Below, in pieces: positions 53,238 to 64,000 of a DNA stretch of 64,000 nucleotides. The notes under the pieces were generated by a model. The model searched no databases. It saw nothing but the letters and a program-made list of their open reading frames with translations, and was not told the DNA's origin. A program made the translations under genes and the position numbers. Source of the stretch: Basidiobolus meristosporus CBS 931.73 (taxonomy: Eukaryota > Fungi > Basidiobolomycota). The stretch is taken from positions 1-64,000 of the forward strand of contig MCFE01000311.1 of assembly GCA_002104905.1 (NCBI GenBank). The letters are read 5' to 3'. Numbering within the stretch: the stretch's first letter is position 1; each line of letters begins with the position of its first letter.

Positions 53238-53689
53238 ATTAAAATTGATGGATGATTGTATGGAGGCGGTTTGAATCGATTTGGCGCGATCTGCGTTATT
53301 TATCTGATTTTTAACACATTATGGTTAAATCTCCATCAATTGCCATGTATCCCATCATTATGTCGCAAAAATCATCCGCAAACAATGCCTTGGTACTTTT
53401 ATTGATGCTTTAATCATAGGTCTATAATCAAATAGGAAATCTGCGATTGATGTGATCTGATCCGTGTCAACGCAATCCAAGATGCATCAAGCATAATATA
53501 TGGAAAATTCAACAATCACTTTAGTTTTCATATATATTTCATATAAGACCAGGTTGATGCCAATTTACTGCTGTATAAGTATCCAAATCCGTTGCTATTG
53601 TCCCCATACCAAGCCTCAACTCATCTTTAGTACAACCCAAACAAAACCCATCCCCCAGCTCACAAGCGCGGTCCGGACCGGAAAAGTCA

Positions 53690-54859
53690 ATGTCGGATCC
53701 GTTTGAGTTCTTGCCAAATGATTTTAGTATGGCCCAAGTGTCTATGATGAGCCTTCATACAGATATTTGGGCACTACTGATTAATCTAGCAGAACTAGAT
53801 ACCTCAGAGAGTCAACAAAGATAGAAGAATTTGAGTAGAAAGCTGTGGCATGAGTTCTACATCAAGATGCCAGCCAATGTATGTAAAAAGATATATAACA
53901 AGACAAGTATTGAAATCAAGAATGAGCTGAGAGTGAGGGGATTTGACAAGGAAGCCGCGCGGGAACAATTTTGCGTGCAATTTGCACAGTACAGGCCGGA
54001 CGCGTCCGTTCGTGCCTCAACTTTGGGAACCAAAGAGATTTTGAATGAGTTTTTGCCTCAAATGACTAATGTACTACGTGATATATTAGTAGAGCTAAGT
54101 GGCTTCCAAGAGCAATATACACAGGACTCATCCAGGCAACAGCTCCAAAGTATCAGACAGAGGGTAAGTGAATACCTTGAGGAATCAGATGGTGAGCTTC
54201 AGGAGGAAGAATACAGACCGCGAGCAACATTGTCCAGATCGCGCCAGCACGCCTTGCTGGATTCCCTACCATCTCTTGGAACCACAGTGCGCCGGCGCAC
54301 GTCAGTCCAGACCACGCCAACACCCTTTACCAGAACGCCCCGCGTCGAGTCAACGCGCATTGAGTCAACGCGCATCGGGTCAACGCGTGCGCCTCAGAGC
54401 AAAACTACCAGAACTCGCCAAACTGCTCATTTAGACACAAGTCCATTGGAGCGGACCGAGTCGCGTCAACATGCGGCATCACATTGAACTCAGCCAAGGG
54501 TCATCTCAACGCGTCAAGGCGCGCCTGCGCGTGCCGTTTTGCCTGACCATCAGCAAGTTACTTCTGGTGAACTGACTGATGATGACCAACATGAAGTGAC
54601 TCAACCACCGGAGCCCTTGGCAAGTAAAAGAACGCGTCAGCGCGTGGCACTACAGGCCGGTTCAGTTGGTTCAGTCGGAGCAATTCAGCGCGGCCAAGCT
54701 GCAGCATTGCACTCACCAACTAGGAGGCAAAATACTGACTACGAATACACAAGTAGCCAAGATGATAGTCAGCCAGGAAGTAGTATAGGTGTGCAAAGTG
54801 AGTCACTACCAAATGCTTCAGTAGTAATCCCTGTGAGAAAAAAACCCAGGAGAAGATGA
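53690..54859 (+). pseudogene. ORF2 of the younger Harbinger-like element (possible Myb/trihelix-like DNA-binding protein), two premature stops
   Basis: One frame from ATG 53690 to TGA 54859, interrupted only by TAG 53822-24 and TGA 54485-87. It contains RKLWHEFYIKMP...KTSIEIKNELR, 15-nt Arg-rich repeats and a C-terminal NLS-like RKKPRRR. Confidence 0.7.
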
Positions 54860-57398
54860 TGCGATTGCTTTGAATCACTCACATTTGTAATGATCCCAAC
54901 AACCCTTTTTTTTTGCGATCCAAATCAAGCCATTGCAAATCAGTGATCATCAAATTTTTGATATAAGTAATATCAAGGTCGTCTCACATTTGAGACAGAA
55001 CCCCTATAAATAAACACCCTGCATATATATACGTCATCTGTAATACCAGTGCAGCTATTGGATCTGTTTTGCACCTACACAATCGCTTGCGTGCTAGCTA
55101 TGACACCTTGCCCAATCACTAGGATCAGGGATTTACTTGCTCAATGGGCAAAATGGGATATTTGATGGCGAATCAGGTAGCTTTTTCAGTAGTCAATGAG
55201 CCAATTGGGGGCTGCCAGCTTCAGGATACTTTTGGACCAATTAACCACTGAGATACCGTCCAATTGGAGTGAGGGTAACCAAAATGGTAAGTATCAGTGT
55301 AGTTTATAGTGTGATACACATTTATTTCCATTTACATTAAAGAAACATATCCATATACCGGATTTTACCTGCCATTATAGCGGTATCCGATTGCGCACGT
55401 GATGCAAGCATTACAAGTTGGCGCAATCATCCGTGCCAACCTCATCGTGTCAGATTGTGCCATAGTGTGCGAGATCGTCCCGCATAGTGCAAAATTGTCT
55501 AAGAACAATCCTGCCTTCTGGTAGCTATAATATCGCACCCAATCGTTCTTTGCAACCGCGGATTGCGCCGCACGCCCTGGCATGGTACAATGGAACAAAT
55601 CTAGTATATTCAAACAAGAAGACATCCACTAAGTGAAATGTGTCTGGAGCATTATGAAGAGTAAATAAAGCAAGGAGAGCACTACTCTGAGCAACACAAG
55701 TAAGTTTGAGTACAATTACCAGTAACTATATCCTACCACTGGCATTATGGTAGATATTATAGTGCCAGATAGTGCCAGATCAATCAATCCAAGTGTATAT
55801 TATTATCTGCATTGGAGATACCCCAGCCATCAGCAAGATAGCAGGTTTTCTGGGCACAATGGATGGTATTGCTGTCAAATGTGTGAGATCCAGGGGATTT
55901 ACTTCATAACTCACACACACTACTATTACCCAAACACTAGCACTAAGAACATCATCTTTCCACAGAGGGAATGTACAGAAGTCAGCATGCAATTGCAGCA
56001 AAGCTGGCATGCTATAAGTCATCAGCCGGAAAATGGAATCAATTGGAAACTGGAGATATTCAAGATAGAGGGTATCTGTTGGAGCAAAGCTTTCCACTGG
56101 GAGCAATGCATTTGCTTTTCAACAACATCTCTATACTGATGACCAAGTTGTACATTGGGCATTTCAAGCTAAATGAGCCCTTCAAGATACCAGAGAAATT
56201 TGAAAGAATTGGCAAGATATTACAGAGTATCCGCTTTAGTGGGGTGACAGTGACACCCACTGACAGCTGTGCTCATTCCCATTTTTTCTACTTCCCTATA
56301 TATCTACTACACTTATTTAGTTTTATCCCATTTGTCTTACCTGATCAGTACTATCCCATACGCCAGCTGACTATCACACCTGCTTACCTTATTGCATAAA
56401 TTATCCCTCACTTTATGTAAGATTACTAGCTATAAGTACTTCTATATTGGGCAAGTACCTGCACCTGTACCCATGACACATGATCAACCCGCGTCACCAT
56501 CCCTACCATTTCCATACCATATATGGTATCCCTATGTTACACAGGTTTCAGAGTACTGATTCCTCATTGGTTGGATGTGCTCTGCCTCTTAGAACCTTCT
56601 GGCACCTACTTAGAACATACTTAGGTCATTCTGATGTCATTAAGACTTCTATTGATATCTAGAACCTTCTGGAACACCATAATTGGTATTAACTTAGCCA
56701 GTGAGAAAAATATATAAGGGAGGCTATCCTTCAACAATAAATCATCATCCCTTTTATCAATATACCAACTTGTTAATTAGTGTGAACACTGCTACCTGCT
56801 GCTACCTGGACTTCCAACTCCAGACCACAGGATACTCCCAGGAAACCAAGCTGACTGCCAACTGACCTTGGAGGCACTAATTGTGTGGAATATTCAGAGT
56901 AGGCATCTTTTATTATATTTGATTCTTTCCCAGGTTTGCTCTTATATAGGCAAAGATACTTTTCTGTTGTTGTAACTATTGACCACAGCTGCATTCTTAT
57001 CAGGTCCTTGCTGGTGGAGTTTATAGTTGTTTTGACTTTTGGAAGCTTTAGTACATTGTCATCTCAAAGGACATTGAACCCAGCACATACTTTTGTTAAG
57101 ATGCCAACCAAGTTGGGGATTGTAGCTCAATAGTTTTCCCTTGACAAGCTTGTGGCTTTATTCCCCATCGCATTAGATTAGAGACAGAACCCAATTATTC
57201 CTAGCAAGCTTTTGCCAGAGGTTATTGCACCCAGTGAGCACCCTACACACAAAACACTTAAGAAGTGTTGGACATATCTCTCCCTTGGACTTATACACCA
57301 CCACACCACTACCCTATATACTTCTCACAGGCTCCAAATAATACTCATACACATATGTAACAAAAAAATGCAAAGACTGGATAAACTGGATATGTATT

Positions 57399-58131
57399 AG
57401 ACTTGTTCTGTTGGATAGTGCCACATTGAGCCATGAGTGCCAAATTATGCCATAGTGTGCCAAGGGGGCCAAATGATCCTATATTTGGCCACAGAGTGTG
57501 AAACATAGCTCTGCATCTGCATGCAAAGTGGCCCCTATGTTTCACTCATTGTGCTGGAGAAAATCTACTTTTTGACCTCTTTTTTGGGATCAATGTTTTA
57601 CAGGATGTGTAAGAGCAGAAAACAGTTGAAGACATGCATCTGGTACTCAATACCCCTGGCGCCCTGAATCTAGCTCCTGTAGCTTGTATCATGCCACAAA
57701 AATGCATGGCACTATCTTAGTCCACTGGTACTATCAGGCACTATATTTAAATATTAGCCCTAAAGTAAGACCTATATAAAGTACTTATAGTGTCAGATAG
57801 TACCAGTGAACCAAGATAGTGCCATGCATTTTTGTGACATGATACCAGCCACAAGAGCAAGATTCAAAGTGCCATTGGTATTGAGTATCAGAGGCATGTC
57901 TTCAGTCCTTTGGTGCTCTTGCACATCCTGAACAATGTTGATCCAAAAAAAAGGTCAAAAAATGGATTTTCTCCAGTAAAATGGGTCAACCACAGGGGCT
58001 GCTTTGCATGAAGATGCAGAGCTATGTTTCACGCTCTGTGGCCAAATATAGGTTCACTTGGCCTCCCTGGGACACTATGTCATCTTTTGGCACTCATGGC
58101 TTAATGTGGCACTTTCCAACGGAACAAGTCT
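57399..58131. mobile_element. Fold-back MITE of the Harbinger-like family, 733 bp, TSD ATT
   Basis: Termini AGACTTGTTC(T/C)GTTGGA.AGTGCCAC match the autonomous element's end; ATT at 57396-98 and 58132-34. Arms 57399-57745 and 57786-58131 are imperfect inverted repeats. Confidence 0.9.
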
Positions 58132-60299
58132 ATTTATTCAAGTGGCATTCCATATCTATTCCTACCAATAGTATATTGGAAGCATTGGGAGTTATATATG
58201 GACATTGTAGGAATATTTATCCAGAAGCAGATCATCAATGCCAATTTGACAGATCTACAGCTGTTGTGCAAGGAGTTTGTGATGAGATTTGAGCAGCTAT
58301 ACTACAAACATAAAGCTGAAGGCATAGATCTCTGCTGCTACTGCATCCATTCTTTACTCCAGCTTACATGGTGTGTGGAGAATATTGGGCCTGCTTCACC
58401 TTTTGGGAGTTTCCAATGGAACATATGTCTGGGAAGATAGGAAGACAAGTCAAGTTGCAGGTACCTCAATATCCCAATCTCATCAAGAATACTACCTTCA
58501 AGACCATTATGGATGTGATGAGTTGGCACATGGAGGACAGCCAGGAAGAGTTGGAAAATACTGAGGACAAATGTGCACATGGAGGCACCTATGCCTATAG
58601 CATTAAGACACTAAGCAGCCCCAATGCATGGGTAATCAGTCAAGTGATGAAATGTTGTGTTTGGTGCAACAAGCAGCTAATTTTTATCAGGAGAACTCTA
58701 CCAAGGTATGCCAGATTTCTCATGGTCACAAGCCAACTTCTACACCATTCAATACAGAATTCACACAAACCAAAGCCGGAGCGCACCTATATGGGGGCTA
58801 GAATCTAGCATGGAGAAGGAATATATGGGCTAAATACCAAGAAGTTGTTTGCAGATATTCAGGAGGTATTCACAGCAGAAGTGGCAACAACTAAGCTTAT
58901 GTTTAAAAGATGTTTATGCTACCAGCAGCACAAGGTATATGGCAACTTTGCAACTATCACACTAAAAAGCTGTAAAGCTGAGGTGTTACAAGTATGTCAA
59001 TTGCGGCAAGTGTGTGTACTTGTAGAGGTTGGTAAGCAGGAGGCCATAGTTTTTTCTGATTCAAACTATATGTGGAATACCCAAGGTAGTGGTGGGTAAG
59101 CAAATAAAGAGGGGTGATTCTACAATGAAATATATGAAATGCACAAGTGGAGGTAGTAAAAGGAAATACTATTTGGTAAATTGGTACGGTAACATTACAC
59201 AGAACCAGAGGTAGATCATCATACTGTCAATAAAGTGCCATCAGAGTCTTGCAGTGAGGCCGTCAAGATACCGTCAAGTTTCTTGCCATATAAGGCAATT
59301 GGATGTCCTGGCCAACTGAATCAACGTAATATAGTTATAGAGCGCTAAAAGACTGCAACAATACCATGCAATTATTGTTACAGCACTGATAAAATATTGT
59401 CAAGTTTTGTCCCTTTATTTGATTGTAAATTTAGCAAAATACCATCATGATCCTGTCAAGAGATTGTTAGGAGGGTAACTAGTTCCAAGCTGCTGGTATT
59501 ATGACAGTCTTTGAACTGGATCATGACAGCTGATGTGGATTGGATCCACCCATGGGACCAAATTATTTTTCATAGGGACTCTGTTGCCTTTATAGCCCAA
59601 CTCAGCTATATACAAGATCATTATTAGACCAGAACTTCTCTGCTAATATTTCTGTCACTCTTGACAGTTCTCAGACTCTGCACTTAACTGTCACTTAGGT
59701 TCAGGTAACACATTCAAGAGTTTATTACACTTTTATTGTGGATACAACAACTGGTGTATTCATTGCTGCCTGCTTGTCCATTTGCAGCACTCTTTCAGCA
59801 ACATGACACTTCTTTGTTACTGTAGTAGTGCATATATCCAATTGATATATGTTAATAGAAGTACTTCACTACTACAATATGTCAAAACCTACAAGGCACT
59901 CATTTCTTTATTTTGTTTTTGCTGTTTTAATGCACAAATAAAAGATCAAGAAATTCCCACTTTGAAGGACAAATACTCAAGACCCCAACAAGCAAATCAC
60001 GCAAGAATATTAGGTCCTGCAGAATGCTCTGTAGCCAATACATGATTCAGATTACAGCTCATTTGAAGAAGTATTTAAGGAGTTATGATAAAAGAGTCCA
60101 ATTAGCATGTACTAGGTGTCTATTGCTAAGATTACTATTGTGACTTCAATTGTGTGTAACTTTTGATCCAGCCAATTAAATCATAAGAAATTCTCACAGG
60201 TGCTGCACCATGTCTGATCTGCACCACTGTAAGATGTTAGCTTTGTATTGTGTTTATTGCTTGCACAATCACCAAACAACTTTGATCCTTCAAAATTTT

Positions 60300-63200
60300 C
60301 ATAAATAAATGACTTCCCCAGCTGAAAATATAGGAGAGCCTCTCTTTCCAGAATCTCCACACAACAATTACAAGTTCAAAGGTTATAAGACTTCCCTTGC
60401 ATCACTTGCACTGTTGAGTATCCTGACTTTGATTGGTACTACATCAGTAAAGAGACTGCAAAGCTCACAAGAATCCAATTCAAGTCCTACAAGAAAACTA
60501 CCATTTTTCAATTGGAAAAGTGCCTGCTAAGAAACCCCTTTATGCGCCTCCTTAGTCTAAAAACTTCTTTTGAGACCCCTTTAAGAAGCCCCTTTGGGCA
60601 CCCCTTTAGTGTGAAGTCCACTTCAGAGACCGCTGTCAGAAACCCTTTTACTCTAAAGACACCACTTGAAATCCAAAGACTCCTTCAGGAGACTTCTACA
60701 CCACACCCTTTAGGTTAAAGTGAAGCTGAGAATTTCCACATTAGGAAATATTCTCTCTGTAGCAAGAATGACTTCAAAATAAGGAAAATGAGCTTTAAAT
60801 GTAAATCAGCCCAATAGTTGTCCACAGAGGTCAAAACACTGCTGTACTAGTGCAACAAGACTCAATCCTTGCAAAAGTACATTCAAAAGTCTGAGTTAAA
60901 AGCAAGGAATGTTGAAGTGGCTATTGCAATTCCAAGATTTTATCAAACAAGCTATTTTCTGATGAACATGCCTCTTGAGATATGTAAAGCCATTAGCCAC
61001 CAAGTTCAGGCTGCAAGCTCCTACAACAATGTGAAGCAAATGGTATCAAACTATCTATCAGGAAGACAAGTCATGGATTCCATTAATAATTAAATGAGGA
61101 TTTCTATTCCAACTAAACAAATTCTTCACTGTACAAATAACTCACAAAGTGATCAAGTTAGTGAATTAATTGATGCATTAAGAAAACTGACACTTTAGTT
61201 GGACTCTCAAAGTGTTTTATCATCAAGCATCTGCAATGCATGACCAGAAAAACCCAAAACAACCAGTAACTATCCACAGCAAACCAAGTGTTGTGTGTAC
61301 TGTGAATCTGCAGAGCACAGCCATTATGGTTGGCAAATATTGAGTGTTGATATTGACAGTTGCAAAGTTACAATTAATTGCTATAGGAAAATCTGTGGCA
61401 TTACTAAAAACCCTTTACCTATCATCAGAGGTTGTGGTGGAATGAGGTCCTATGTACTTGCACAAGTAGAATCATGTAAAAACACCATAACATCTAATTT
61501 AATACAAGTCCTAAAGAATGCCAATATTTGAAGCAATGAATGCTACATACTCACAATGCCAGACCCATCAGGGCAGGTCTAGGAATATCTAATAGAAAAA
61601 GAGGAAGTAGAAGAATATAAATGCCTTGCTACAAGAGAAATATGTCTCTACAGAAAACAACCCCATAAAATGTGTGTACCAACCAAAGAAATCACCCAGT
61701 TGATGAAATAGTAGTACAGCCAGAAGCATCAAAAGTCTAAAAAGAATGCTTGCAATCTCAATCCAAGTATGGCACTACTGCAATTACACAGAAAGTTATC
61801 AATAAATTCTGGAAATCACCATTTCCACAACTTACAAATTAAGAAATGTTTACCACCAACAACAATCTCAATCAGCAACTGCCAATACTGGTTAAACCTA
61901 TGAGCAAATATATCCTCATGAATCATCAAGAATAATCTTCAGCAATATTATCAAGTGAACAGCTACAATTTGAAGTTGAAAAAGCCTTTTACTCTATTAT
62001 AACAGGATGCTATGCTGCTACAATCAACAATGTTTAAGCGGAATATATTTTTGATTCTGGATCAGAAATCAATGCCATCACTGCTATGACTTGTGAAAAT
62101 ATCAAGTAGCCATTGACAGAAGTTGACTGGGATATGAGAACTACTACCGGTGCAGCAGAGAAAATGTTTGGACTTTGTCACTCTGTGCCAATGAAACTGA
62201 AGGAATCAGGGTTACTTCTCCCTTTTTCATTGTAGCCAATGGGCCAACTTTTTAGGAATTGTTAGGATGGCCATATAAGAGAAAATCTCTTCTACAAGCT
62301 GATAACATATCTGATAGAAGCTTATGGCTGGCAATCACATCCAACAATCAAAAAAGAAGGGCAACTTTTTGTGCAGCAGAAGAGAAAATTTCAAGAAATA
62401 AAGACTCAACTCCATTACAAAATATTCCAGTTCATAAGGATGTTTTAGTTTATGATCAACACTTCATTGCATCAACAACAAGTAAGACAAACACCAAGCA
62501 TAAGCCAGTTGTATTGAAAGCAAAGCCAGTGTCTACTGGAATCACACCATCTGCCCATGACAATCTCCAAATGGAGCCTTTGCACAAATATGAAAAATCA
62601 GACTCACAGAACAGAAACTCCAGGAGTTAGCTATTGGGTTTACTCTTACAACTGAGGAGAAAAGTCTCATTTTGACTATGCTGCTATGATATGACAATGT
62701 ATTTGCATTTAATGATGCACAAAGAGGATGATTATTCACAGAACTATTTCCACTGGTTAAGATCCATACTGTTCAGCATACACCATGAGCACTAAGATCA
62801 TATCCTATTCCCTCAAGATTACTGATCAAAGTAATTGAAATGCCACAATCAAGATTTCAGATGGAGTTATGGAATGTAGCTAGGGACCATATTGTACTTC
62901 TTGGTTTACATAGATACATCACATGTCTTACCCCATGTCAGAAGATATGGTTATGATAACATATCACTGTTGAAAGGGTCATGAAGTAACTTCAAGCATC
63001 TGGTCTGACTGTATTTGGGGCCAAATGTGCATTTGGCTACAACAAAGCAAACAATCTAGGTGAGCTTGTTACTGAAAAAGGGATATTGCATGATCCTGCA
63101 AATCATCATCAGCACTAAATTGAAAGACACCAAGCAATATTCATCAAGTCAGACAACTATAGGGACTAACTGGTCTATTCAGAATCTGGATTAAGAACTA

Positions 63201-64000
63201 TGCTCAAATTGCTAAGCCACTGGCTTGACTATTACAGGGAAATCTGAAGATTGAGTGGCATGAAGAGCAGGCAAATGCTGTGGTGACATAGCTTGAGCCA
63301 TGATCAAAGCCACCTATCTTAGCAGATATAGACTGCACTGTTATTGATTCACAGCCAATCATTGAATAGGTTGATAGCTTTGTAATTGGGGTTGCAGGAA
63401 TCATGATTCAGGTTTCAAGGATCATTGTTGACAACCTTGCAGATATCTTAACAGATATATCAAAGGATATGAGCTTAACTATTCATCTATCAACAAAGAG
63501 GCACTGGGAGTACTCTATGTACTCAAAAGCTAAAGCCATACTTGTTAGGAGTACACTGCCTGCTAGAGGTTGAAGCCAAGCCAATATTGGGGGCATCGAA
63601 TAAGTCAGAGCTATTTCCTAAACCTATTCCAGCATAGTAGATATCAAATATCCAGATATTTAGCTATATACTGCAACACACACCAGGAGCCAATCACAAG
63701 GGACCTGATGCTTTATCTAGAAAGCAACCAAATTTACTAAACTCAGCTGAAGATGATAAGATTAATGAGTTTCTTGAAAACACAAGTGTTGGATTCTCAC
63801 TCAGAAATATGACACTGAGCAATCATCAGCAAATCAAGGAATTTTTGACATCACTCAAAGTTCCTGCCAATACTCCCACAAATCAGGGCACAAACTTAAA
63901 GAAGAAGGCTTTGAAGTATATACTGCAGGATGGTACACTTTTCAAGAAAACAAATATGGTGTTCCTCAATGGCTTTTATATGACAAGCATGATCAACAGA
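60300..64000 (+). mobile_element. Heavily decayed Ty3/Gypsy retrotransposon (gag-pol remnant)
   Basis: CVYCESAEH knuckle (about 61295), protease FDSGSEINAI (about 62050), RT entry VKIHTVQHTP..LRSYPIP (about 62760), RNase H SSINKEALGVL (about 63490) and HTPGANHKGPDALSR (about 63680), in PR-RT-RH order. Runs off the window. Confidence 0.8.

Larger units (their letters stand above)
52170..55602 (-). mobile_element. Younger PIF/Harbinger-like element, 3433 bp, 3-bp TSD AGT
   Basis: Termini AGACTTGTTCCGTTG / (rc) AGATTTGTTCCATTG; AGT at 52167-69 and 55603-05; two divergent ORFs. Confidence 0.9.
49235..55785 (+). mobile_element. Older PIF/Harbinger-like element (transposase + strand 51344-52169 and 55606-55664; ORF2 - strand about 50060-51080); right end lost
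   Basis: Left TIR AGACTTGCTCCATTG at 49235 after ATT. The transposase has ATG>ATA and an internal TAA (51860-62) and resumes after the inner copy as YIQTRRHPLSEMCLEHYEE*. It is heavily CpG-decayed. Confidence 0.85.
46688..59577 (+). mobile_element. CACTA/CMC-like DNA transposon with CCCTATG termini and 3-bp TSD (ACT), carrying nested elements
   Basis: TIR CCCTATGAAAAAT at both ends; ACT at 46685-87 and 59578-80. Decayed + strand transposase (GDTPAISKIAGF/SGHNG.Y.C..C.I.G near 55815-55890; MHLLFNNI; FEQLYY...CIHSLL...GP...WEFPMEH.SGKI near 58280-58450) and a - strand accessory ORF. Confidence 0.82.
46160..59749. mobile_element. Solo LTR (family 2), split into 46160-46687 and 59578-59749 by a 12.9-kb insertion; TSD ACTGG
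   Basis: The halves join to reproduce 44900-45597; ACTGG at 46155-59 and 59750-54. Confidence 0.82.
44344..60050. mobile_element. Older CCCTATG-family element (host of later insertions); right end not resolved
   Basis: Starts CCCTATG at 44344. Segments 44400-44899, 45603-46159 and 59755 onward are collinear with 46720-47900 once the two LTR insertions are removed. Confidence 0.6.

Noticed and set aside
49235-55620. Large inverted segmental duplication or palindrome
   Set aside because: TIRs, the AGT TSD and resumption of the outer transposase at 55606 show a nested transposon insertion instead.
56260-57390. Possible additional solo LTR or insertion splitting the CMC transposase
   Set aside because: It has TATA and AATAAA-like motifs, but I could not define matching termini or a TSD, so it is left unannotated.
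38130-60720. CRISPR-like or satellite arrays among the recurring repeats, including CCCCTTT motifs at 60530-60720
   Set aside because: There is no constant repeat-spacer periodicity; the repeats are LTRs, TIRs or low-complexity gag sequence in a eukaryotic context.

Overview
Eukaryotic (fungal) genomic DNA with short GT-AG introns of about 55-70 nt. A fused fungal LEU1 and Hrd3/Avt/MAP1-type genes point to a fungus; an early-diverging lineage such as Basidiobolus is an inference only. The window has three zones. (1) 1-6.2 kb: CpG-depleted retroelement debris around a CpG-retaining island that encodes a three-exon TET/JBP-family 2OG-Fe(II) dioxygenase. The ORF track splits this gene into three separate ORFs. 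(2) 6.3-35.9 kb: a gene-dense block with a secreted acidic protein, LEU1, cytosolic AAT, three tandem cytochrome-b5/acyl-CoA dehydrogenase fusions, USP, RPL38, LYAR, a MAP1 pseudogene, two tandem AVT-type transporters, RPL17, HRD3/SEL1 and a SERTA-like protein. (3) 37.9-64 kb: a strongly CpG-depleted nest of transposons that can be ordered by target-site duplications. It contains a Copia with LTRs and nested solo LTRs, a CCCTATG-ended CACTA/CMC-type element (12.9 kb, ACT TSD), a Harbinger-like element inserted into an older copy of itself (AGT TSD), a fold-back MITE and a decayed Gypsy. The most interesting combination is a candidate DNA-methylation eraser in a window whose transposons record heavy CpG-to-TpG decay, plus an intact transposase ORF with only one CpG in 885 bp. 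All coordinates and counts were read by hand; domain assignments come from motif recognition, not database searches.
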